From an uncultured virus (IMG/VR IMGVR_UViG_3300006924_000006) (Duplodnaviria > Heunggongvirae > Uroviricota > Caudoviricetes), in the IMG/VR virus record IMGVR_UViG_3300006924_000006: a stretch of 20,000 nucleotides of DNA. The stretch is one strand, 5' to 3'. Under the pieces are notes generated by a model. That model was given only the letters and a program-made list of their open reading frames with translations, was not told the DNA's origin and made no database searches. The position numbers and the translations under genes were made by a program. Every line of letters begins with the position of its first letter. The stretch's first letter is position 1. Shown in pieces: positions 8,522 to 15,265 of the stretch.

Positions 8522-8553
8522 TGATGCTGCGGGAAGCATCTCCCGCAGCATCA
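8522..8553. repeat. 13-bp perfect inverted repeat (hairpin) in an intergenic gap
   Basis: TGATGCTGCGGGA (8522-8534) / TCCCGCAGCATCA (8541-8553), 6-nt loop; no U tract follows on the minus strand. Confidence 0.8.
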
Positions 8554-8575
8554 AAAGTATCAGCCGATACGACTC

Positions 8576-8773
8576 TTACTCAGAAAGAGTTTCGTTTAGA
8601 AAACTTCGTAGAGCCTGAGCTTCACGAATAGTCATATTGACAGCATGACTCGGAACTCGCCAGTCTTCTGATTGAACTACAATCTGAAGCCGATTGCTTC
8701 CGGCCTGCTTACGCGGGTCTCCATTTCGTAGGTTAAGAGTTAGCGACTTAGTCTTCTTAGTTCTATTTAGCAT
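8576..8773 (-). CDS. Small basic hypothetical protein (probable start MLNRTK at 8773)
   Basis: ORF track 8576..8791; ATG 8773 lies just inside the 3' end of the upstream gene. Confidence 0.7.
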   Translation of the reverse strand: MLNRTKKTKSLTLNLRNGDPRKQAGSNRLQIVVQSEDWRVPSHAVNMTIREAQALRSFLNETLSE

Positions 8774-8969
8774 CTGAATTTTCCTTTCCAAAAATCATTA
8801 CACTTGCTCTTTTTGGGGAGCGTTTCATTTTCTTTGCAGCCTTATTTCTCGGCTTACTCGTTGGATTACTTGCTGTCGCGGCAGATAATAGCACCGAAAC
8901 ATCATTCTCATCAAAAGGGGTCTTATCTATTCCGACTAGATCCTTTGATATGCTCTTCTCTACAACCAT
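8763..8969 (-). CDS. Small hypothetical protein, 68 aa
   Basis: ORF track; AAGGAAGGGA upstream. Confidence 0.65.
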   Translation of the reverse strand: MVVEKSISKDLVGIDKTPFDENDVSVLLSAATASNPTSKPRNKAAKKMKRSPKRASVMIFGKENSDAK

Positions 8970-8993
8970 CTATCCCTTCCTTTTAGATCTTAT

Positions 8994-9263
8994 TTACCCC
9001 TCTGCCAGCCAGCCTGAGCGCCGCTCCTCAAGAGAGATAATATCTTCAACAATTGCCATGCAGATACTTCCATCAGCAGTATGGTAATTAATGACGTTAG
9101 AGCTGTAATCAACAGACTCTACCACTCCCCTCTCTCGCTCTCCCTTTCGGGAGCGACTATTGACCCGGATGCAATCTCCGGCTTCAAAGTCCTTAATATG
9201 AAAGCAGTTAAACTCATCATACGGCCGACCATATAGCTTGGAAAACTCTACCTTATTACTCAT
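8994..9263 (-). CDS. Hypothetical protein, possible SH3/KOW-like barrel (probable start MSNKVE at 9263)
   Basis: FEAGDCIRV...RGVVESVD pattern; the longer track start runs through a hairpin-rich leader. Confidence 0.65.
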   Translation of the reverse strand: MSNKVEFSKLYGRPYDEFNCFHIKDFEAGDCIRVNSRSRKGERERGVVESVDYSSNVINYHTADGSICMAIVEDIISLEERRSGWLAEG

Positions 9264-9357
9264 CACATTCTCAATCGTTAAGGGTTCATCCTGCCAAAAT
9301 GGCAGAGCCCCGCATACCAACATGGTATTCGCGGAACAATTCGAGTCCAGAGATTAT

Positions 9358-9984
9358 TTAATCTCTATTCTCGTTTTCAATAATCTTCTTTCTCAGCACC
9401 TTATGGATACCCGGATTTACCCGCAAAGCACTTGGGAGCAAAACATGCCGGATATAGTTCCTCATATATGAGGTATTGGAGTTCGACGGGTCTTCCACAT
9501 AAGGGACGCCCTTTCTTTTGCACCAAGATAGTAACTCAGCCTTTCTAGTAGAAAGAAACGGTCTTACATAGTTGTCTCGACGCCTTGGGATTAGCCTTGG
9601 AGTCCCATGTAGCGAGGTAAAAATCCAAGTTTCAACCAAGTCGTCAAGATGGTGGCAGGTTACAATTGGGATACCCTTACCTACAGTCGAAGAGAACAGA
9701 TTGAAAAAAGCATAACGCTGCTCTCTCCAATAGCATTCCTTCGACTCTCTTGGGCGCAACTCTCGGGTCAACTTCCCAGCGAACAAAGGCAGCCCCTTTT
9801 CTTCGGCATATTCCCTTACGAAGCTTTCTGCTTCATCTGCGTGCTCCGACCCGTGATTAAAATGCAGAATGGTCACGCTTCTCTTCCCTCCATTATGAAG
9901 AAAGTCTAACGCGGCCATACTGTCTGCACCCCCCGATACTGCTACGGCAATGTTTTCGGGAATCTTTTCCAAGAGAGTAATCAT
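9358..9984 (-). CDS. tilS: tRNA(Ile)-lysidine synthetase, catalytic domain only
   Basis: PP-loop AVSGGADS, HFNHG, TCHHLDDLVET, VRPFL, EDPSN..YMRNYIR; 208 aa, no C-terminal domains. Confidence 0.92.
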   Translation of the reverse strand: MITLLEKIPENIAVAVSGGADSMAALDFLHNGGKRSVTILHFNHGSEHADEAESFVREYAEEKGLPLFAGKLTRELRPRESKECYWREQRYAFFNLFSSTVGKGIPIVTCHHLDDLVETWIFTSLHGTPRLIPRRRDNYVRPFLSTRKAELLSWCKRKGVPYVEDPSNSNTSYMRNYIRHVLLPSALRVNPGIHKVLRKKIIENENRD

Positions 9985-10008
9985 GCTCGCCCTTCGCGGC
10001 TGGGTTCC

Positions 10009-10055
10009 GCCTAGATATAGTGCAGGACAAAATTATATTACGTTTTTTTAGAACC
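10009..10055 (-). promoter_or_regulatory. Conserved intergenic element, copy 2 (putative phage promoter)
   Basis: Matches 1696-1743; ACTATAT about 31 nt upstream of the tilS ATG. Confidence 0.7.
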
Positions 10056-10103
10056 ACACCTATCCCCTTGCCCACCGTGCATTACCTGCCCTTGGCCCCT
10101 CTT

Positions 10104-10361
10104 CTAAGAAGAGAGTCTGTTTAATTCAAACAAAATAGGAGAAACCCCTCCTTCTACTAGCTCTACGATCTCCCACGTTAAAGCTTCATCTGCTTTATTT
10201 CCATATTCTATTTGCCTTTTAATAGCATTAACTGCATCGAACTTTCTTGTCCATATTGCACCACGACTAGTCCAAGATCCATAAGCTCCCTTTGTAAGAA
10301 ACTTTCCAATGCTTGGATCCCTGACTTTATATCCAAAAATTTTTTTCTTTTCTTTCTTCAA
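10104..10361 (-). CDS. Hypothetical protein, 85 aa
   Basis: TTG start with GAGGAG SD; phage-like YKVRD...FLTKG...W...G.IW pattern. Confidence 0.7.
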   Translation of the reverse strand: MKKEKKKIFGYKVRDPSIGKFLTKGAYGSWTSRGAIWTRKFDAVNAIKRQIEYGNKADEALTWEIVELVEGGVSPILFELNRLSS

Positions 10362-10392
10362 AATAACTCCTCAAGAGAGGTATTGTCTAACT

Positions 10393-11178
10393 CTAGTTCA
10401 CTTCAAAAATTCTCTTAATAGCGCTCTCGACCCTCTTGCTACCCCCCGCCCCTCCTAGGAAGAACATTGCCTCCTCCGGAGTAAGACGCTTAACTAGCTC
10501 CGTTAGAAATAAATCGTTAATAACTCCATGAGTTCCGGCCTTTAACTTAGAAATAAATGGCTCAAGATCACTTCGTGTCGCAGACCCCAAAGCTCTTCTC
10601 TCCAGATAAGAAATTCTTTGCCCAATATCTTTTGGAAGAAACTGCTTATAACAATTGTCAAATCCAATTCTCGTTATGAGTTTTGTTTGGACGTTTCTCT
10701 TTAGAGGACGAGAAACTTGATTTGTGAGCATTTTTTTGGCAATATTAACTGGCAAAATTGAAACGACTCTAGATCTAACTCTTTGGTCCCTAGAGTCTAT
10801 CAGCCTCTTAGACATCTTTATTCGCTCTTCTGACGATACAGAGTCTAGAACTATGATCGCGAAAATGCCCTGAGAATAATTAGTTAAAATCTTTCTATCA
10901 TTTTCATTATAACAGAAGGCTTTGACAAGGTTCTCAAATACGGCCCCAAACCCTTTCTTCTTATCTTTGTTAGAATAAGTCCAGCCAGGATAATGATTCC
11001 ATCTGGAATCGCTTACAATATCCTTCTTATGCTTATTAGACAACGTCTTCCAGTATTCTAAAACCCGAGGCTCGTCTGAATACTCGACTCTTGACCAGCG
11101 CCACCTCCTCTCCTTCTTGCTCAAGGTTAAAAGCAACTCCATGAACTTATCGTACGGCTTATTAGTTTTCTTCGGCAT
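10393..11178 (-). CDS. Hypothetical basic helical (HEAT-like) protein, 261 aa
   Basis: Long ORF with AAGGA SD; LIDSRDQRVRSRVVSILP is HEAT-like. Confidence 0.78.
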   Translation of the reverse strand: MPKKTNKPYDKFMELLLTLSKKERRWRWSRVEYSDEPRVLEYWKTLSNKHKKDIVSDSRWNHYPGWTYSNKDKKKGFGAVFENLVKAFCYNENDRKILTNYSQGIFAIIVLDSVSSEERIKMSKRLIDSRDQRVRSRVVSILPVNIAKKMLTNQVSRPLKRNVQTKLITRIGFDNCYKQFLPKDIGQRISYLERRALGSATRSDLEPFISKLKAGTHGVINDLFLTELVKRLTPEEAMFFLGGAGGSKRVESAIKRIFEVN

Positions 11179-11193
11179 ATTATATCCTTTCTT

Positions 11194-11538
11194 CTACAGT
11201 TGATGCAACACTGGCTGACGCTCTTCGCTCAGACAGACTAGAATAATTTTATTAAAAATAGCAATAGTATCCCCCGCTTCTCCGACAGAGGCTCTGACTT
11301 TCAGGGTCAAGCTCGTTTTTCCAGCCTTATAAAAGGAAGCGTCTATCACGACTATCTCTCCTAACTTTGGGCTAGAAACAAAATCTACTGACTCAATGTG
11401 CCGAATAACACATAAACGCTTCGATAATAACTGACCATATGTTTCGCACGCCTCACTAACCCATTTCATTAAGACTCCGCTGCGTAATATGTTTTGAGCG
11501 TTTATATCAGACTGAGTTATTGAGTGTCTAAACTTCAT
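11194..11538 (-). CDS. Hotdog-fold acyl-CoA thioesterase-like protein (YciA-like), possibly degenerate
   Basis: SDINAQNILRSGVLMKWVSEA, IESVDFVSSPKLGEIV, GKTSLTLKV; probable ATG 11538. Confidence 0.75.
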   Translation of the reverse strand: MKFRHSITQSDINAQNILRSGVLMKWVSEACETYGQLLSKRLCVIRHIESVDFVSSPKLGEIVVIDASFYKAGKTSLTLKVRASVGEAGDTIAIFNKIILVCLSEERQPVLHQL

Positions 11539-11545
11539 TTGTTTT

Positions 11546-12565
11546 CTAAAAGGGAATTGAGTCATAGTCAGCAGATGGAGCCGACTCCCCAAGGTAATCC
11601 TTAAGCCCTTTCAGGGAATCTGCTCTGTCAATCAGAAATATAGCATACTCTTCCTTAAAGCTTTTCATCTTAGTAAATTCGTCAAACATTCCTTCAAGTG
11701 AAGCTACCATGCCCCGAAACACCTTTGCGGTCGATCTTCGCAGGCCATAAGCACTCCTGATATACTCCATCTTTTCTTTATACGCATCAAAATCTACATC
11801 TTTAGCCTCATAGAAGACATTGAAGATATGGCCGGCAAGCTCTTGGCTGAAGTCAAGCCCGTATCTTCGACTATACTTAAATGCTCTTAGTGCATTGAAA
11901 ACTCTTGATGGCAGAGTTCCTTCGTTGTAAATATCATTTGAATTTAAGCGCAAAACTCCATCATTAAAACATGATAATAGTTCGGAATCATAATATAGTT
12001 CATCATCTTTCCAGCCAATCATACAATTTACAAAATCAAATCCTGAAATCAAATCTTCAACTGACTTAGCAGGCGTTCTCATAAACTGTTGAGAAACATC
12101 TTTCATTGACTTGGGGCTATCCCGGCTAATACTTGGAGAAAATGTATTTGCCCAACCTGTCGAATTAATAAGCTCAGACAGGCCCAGAGCTTCTATCGTC
12201 AGAGATAACTGTGCGTCCTTCATGTATCTCTGAAACACTCCTCCACCTCCCTCTACATACTTCTTTATAAGAAGATGTTCTCTTGAGTCAGGATTCGAAT
12301 GAACAATACTATCCTCTAGAAACCAGTAGTCAATATCAGAAAAGTCTCCGCCAATCAGCCCTCCCACCGACCGAATATTCTTTCTCTTAAGATTTTTTTC
12401 CAGAAGCCTCCACTGAAAGGGTTCTGCGCATGACCTCTCTACAAGATAGCAGAATAAAATGGAGCCTCCAGCAATGATGGGGTCCAAAGCCCTTAAGTTT
12501 TCATTGGGAACCAAATAAGTTTTGATTAAATAATTGAGTCTATCATTTTTTGTCTTTAAAATCAT
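11546..12565 (-). CDS. Nucleotidyltransferase related to class II CCA-adding enzyme / poly(A) polymerase head domain
   Basis: PIIAGGSI...DFSDIDYWF (GG + DxD), SGFDFVNCM (RRDFT equivalent), ALRAFKYSRRYGL (LRA.RF equivalent); probable ATG 12565 with GAGG SD. Confidence 0.65.
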   Translation of the reverse strand: MILKTKNDRLNYLIKTYLVPNENLRALDPIIAGGSILFCYLVERSCAEPFQWRLLEKNLKRKNIRSVGGLIGGDFSDIDYWFLEDSIVHSNPDSREHLLIKKYVEGGGGVFQRYMKDAQLSLTIEALGLSELINSTGWANTFSPSISRDSPKSMKDVSQQFMRTPAKSVEDLISGFDFVNCMIGWKDDELYYDSELLSCFNDGVLRLNSNDIYNEGTLPSRVFNALRAFKYSRRYGLDFSQELAGHIFNVFYEAKDVDFDAYKEKMEYIRSAYGLRRSTAKVFRGMVASLEGMFDEFTKMKSFKEEYAIFLIDRADSLKGLKDYLGESAPSADYDSIPF

Positions 12566-12578
12566 ATTGCGCCTCTTA

Positions 12579-13022
12579 TTAAGACAATTTGTATATGCAA
12601 AATTGCCCACTCTTACTCTTTACAATCGGTAAGTCTAATCGAACATCCCTCTGAAGCCCCCTGGAGGTCTCTCCGTCTGTTGCGACGTCTCTTCTTACCG
12701 TTAGAAATGCCGTACCTCCCGGAGTTAAGCGACTCCCAATATCTTTGATTACAGCCCTCATCTCTTTCTCAGGCAGAACATTTAAGACATATGTGCACAG
12801 GATTGTATCATATACTTTAGACCTTAGCTTTAATGGACCCCAATGTGGATCATATCCATCTGCAGCATAATTATTACGCTGAAGAAACCTGAGATCATCC
12901 CCTCGGCCACAACCGTAATCAAGCAGATCTCCCGAGAGTAAGCCTTCGGAAAGCAGGTAAGAAAGTGGGGCAGACGGCTTGCTCCGCTTAATAGCCGTCT
13001 TCCAGCTCGTTGTAGATGACAC
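12579..13022 (-). CDS. Class I SAM-dependent methyltransferase
   Basis: LLDYGCGRGDD, GYDP, YDTILCTYVLNV, LTPGG. Confidence 0.88.
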   Translation of the reverse strand: MSSTTSWKTAIKRSKPSAPLSYLLSEGLLSGDLLDYGCGRGDDLRFLQRNNYAADGYDPHWGPLKLRSKVYDTILCTYVLNVLPEKEMRAVIKDIGSRLTPGGTAFLTVRRDVATDGETSRGLQRDVRLDLPIVKSKSGQFCIYKLS

Positions 13023-13240
13023 TATATCTCTTTCTCAATCCATTCTTCTGCAATCATTTTTTCATAAGTAATAATTACACTTAGATTTAAGCCCCACTTC
13101 TTCTTGGAGTCCAGAACTGCTGCGTTAGCCATAGGGTATGACCCTCCAAGGGAGGCTACCTCTAGCCCCTCCCGAAACAAAGCAGAGGTCCATAGTCCGC
13201 GCTTATCCATATAAACATTTATAAAATCTTGCCTATCCAT
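13022..13240 (-). CDS. Hypothetical protein, 72 aa
   Basis: ORF track; GGAGG SD; stop overlaps the methyltransferase start by 1 nt. Confidence 0.7.
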   Translation of the reverse strand: MDRQDFINVYMDKRGLWTSALFREGLEVASLGGSYPMANAAVLDSKKKWGLNLSVIITYEKMIAEEWIEKEI

Positions 13241-13248
13241 AGGTCCTC

Positions 13249-14091
13249 CTAAAACTCCCTAATTCCATACTCGGAAGCTAGCCGCTTTTTTAGACGACTA
13301 ATCGCTCTGCTTTCAATCTCCCTTACCCACTCTCTTGAAATCCCCATATCTTTCGCTAGGTCCCTCAGAGTTCTCGGCTCCTCACAAAGCCTTCTGCTCT
13401 TGAGAATCTTCTTCTCTTCCTCTGGAAGCTTATCGATCAAAGATCTTAAGATAGAGCTCATAACATTGTGGTCAAAAGCAGCAGAGCCTATATCCTCGTT
13501 CGTTCTCTCGTCTGGCAATAAGTCTACCCTTAATGTCTGACTATCCTCTCCCTTTCCGACAGGAGTATCGAGCCTTACGTCATAACCTCGCAGAGAGCCT
13601 CTCATCATTTCTACAGAGGAAGGCTTTACGCTTAGGGTCTTTGCAATGAACATAGTCTTATCTCTGCCGATAAGGCCTTTTTCCTCCGCTATTTTCGACG
13701 TCTTCGAGAAAGAAGAGAATAAAATCCTGTCATCTTGTGTTCCTCCGAGCCTAACAATAGACCTATGCCTCATGACATGCTGCCTCATATTAACCCTTAC
13801 CCACCACATAGCGTATGTAAGAAACCCAACACCCCTCTCAGGGTCAAACATTCCTGCCGCCTTTAATAGGCCTGCCATACCCTCTTGCACCAAATCTCCA
13901 TAAGACAGATGCTTATTAAGCTTCTTAAATCGATAGGCCTCTTTCGTTACGATTCTCATATTTGAAAGGATAACTTTATCGAGAGCTGCCTTGTCTTTGC
14001 TTTCTTGCCACTTTTTCACTAGATCCAACTGACTCTCTGATGACAGTATTGGATTGTCTTTGATAATTTTGTCTATTAGCTCTGTATTCAT
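13249..14091 (-). CDS. Sigma70-family RNA polymerase sigma factor, RpoH (sigma32)-like
   Basis: Region 2 DLVQEGMAGLLKAAGMFDPERGVGFLTYAMWWVR; degenerate RpoH box IVRLGGTQDDRILF; region 4 HTH TLRDLAKDMGISREWVREIE; 280 aa. Confidence 0.92.
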   Translation of the reverse strand: MNTELIDKIIKDNPILSSESQLDLVKKWQESKDKAALDKVILSNMRIVTKEAYRFKKLNKHLSYGDLVQEGMAGLLKAAGMFDPERGVGFLTYAMWWVRVNMRQHVMRHRSIVRLGGTQDDRILFSSFSKTSKIAEEKGLIGRDKTMFIAKTLSVKPSSVEMMRGSLRGYDVRLDTPVGKGEDSQTLRVDLLPDERTNEDIGSAAFDHNVMSSILRSLIDKLPEEEKKILKSRRLCEEPRTLRDLAKDMGISREWVREIESRAISRLKKRLASEYGIREF

Positions 14092-14110
14092 TCATTGCTC
14101 CAGCGTTAAT

Positions 14111-14317
14111 CTATTTTTCGTAATTCTTACTTTCTCTTTGCGAAGCCTTCTTGGCCCTCCTTGCCTGCCTCTGGTCAAGTAGCTGATCGTATATATCGTC
14201 CCATCTATCATCATAATCAAAGTCATCATCTTTACTCTGACTCTTTTTGATATCTTTTGCGTTTAAAATAGCCCTCTTGCTGAGGTCTTTTACACTCTTA
14301 ATAGCGACTTTCGCCAT
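14111..14317 (-). CDS. Small charged hypothetical protein, 68 aa
   Basis: GGAG SD; basic-acidic-basic layout. Confidence 0.7.
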   Translation of the reverse strand: MAKVAIKSVKDLSKRAILNAKDIKKSQSKDDDFDYDDRWDDIYDQLLDQRQARRAKKASQRESKNYEK

Positions 14318-14379
14318 GAATATTCTCCGTCTATATCGTTATGTCTATTTTGTAGCTCAACATAGAGGTGGACTACCGC

Positions 14380-14646
14380 TTATGCCGGCCATGTGTGATA
14401 ATTGTCATAATCACATTCTTGCTCTTCCGCAATCCCTGTTACTACCCAGCCATAACTAAGCCATACCTTTTTGTTTGGACGCATAAGCCCCTGAAGTTTT
14501 ATTCGCCTTGAGCGAAATGACTCCTTTGCAATGAGGGAGGCATTCTCTCCAGAAGAAGGAAAGCACTTATACTTTGCTAGAAGCCCTACAGGGAATTCTC
14601 CAGAGCCTAAAACACTAAACTTATAAAGTGTATTGCCATCAAACAT
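14380..14646 (-). CDS. Phage-type hypothetical protein (probable start MFDGNT at 14646)
   Basis: FSVLGSGEFP...CFP...WLSYGW; AAGGAG SD; overlaps the upstream gene's 3' end. Confidence 0.7.
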   Translation of the reverse strand: MFDGNTLYKFSVLGSGEFPVGLLAKYKCFPSSGENASLIAKESFRSRRIKLQGLMRPNKKVWLSYGWVVTGIAEEQECDYDNYHTWPA

Positions 14647-14974
14647 ACGTCGGAATCTCCTTCCAAATAGCATTGCGATTATGAATATAAAGATATTTGC
14701 ACCCAAATGATAGTGCCATCAAAATCAGCAGCCTAAGCCCTTCGCTAAGCCTAAGGTCTGTAGTATGCTCCAAAGCCCTACTGTCTATCCTTACGGTTAA
14801 TCCGTCAGAAAAGACGGTCCCATAGCTTAGATTAAGCGCCTCTAATATAGAGAAATCTTTCTGAACTATATGTTTTGATGAAGCGTAAAGGCCATCTCTA
14901 TAATGCTCTTTAGTAATAAAGTCAGTTACTCCAGACGGTTTAGTAAAGCCCATTACCCGAGCTCCATTTGTCAT
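14639..14974 (-). CDS. Hypothetical protein (tentatively DUF5983-like), downstream member of a tandem paralog pair
   Basis: ASSKHI...LSEGLRLLILMALSFGCKYL...IPTY; ATG at 14974 or 14953, each with GGAG; the track's TTG 15034 lies inside the upstream paralog. Confidence 0.7.
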   Translation of the reverse strand: MTNGARVMGFTKPSGVTDFITKEHYRDGLYASSKHIVQKDFSILEALNLSYGTVFSDGLTVRIDSRALEHTTDLRLSEGLRLLILMALSFGCKYLYIHNRNAIWKEIPTYV

Positions 14975-15265
14975 ACCGAGGAACTCCCGGCCATACCTCT
15001 TCTTTCTTGGAGACATGTAAGGCCTTACAGTCAAATGATCTAGCCATAAAAAATAGCAGTTTAAATCCTTCGCTTAAGCCTCTCTCTTCTACTATAGAAG
15101 CCGAAAGGTCATTCACATGACAGGTGAAGCCATTTCCAAAACCCTTAGGTCTTCAAAGCTAGTTGTGTAATTTTCTGTTAGAAAGATAAAATAATCAGTC
15201 ATTTTCAAATGAACAGAAGAGGCTCTCATGATATCATCTTTTATGACCGGCCACTTATCGCTCAC
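14940..15265 (-). pseudogene. Frameshifted paralog of 14639..14974 (pseudogene, assembly error or -1 frameshift)
   Basis: Frame A 15265-15113 (GTG overlapping the ligase TGA; ...MRASSVHLKMTDY...) plus -1 frame B 15152-14940 (...GFGNGFTCHVND...LSEGFKLLFFMARSFDCKALH...WPGVPRYDKW...). Confidence 0.75.

Noticed and set aside
9893..10075. 60-aa minus-strand ORF across the tilS start
   Set aside because: Overlaps tilS out of frame and spans the conserved promoter-like element.
10062..10098. Four G-runs on the minus strand (possible G-quadruplex) and CCCTTG(G)CCC direct repeat
   Set aside because: Central loop of about 15 nt and a single occurrence; too weak to call.
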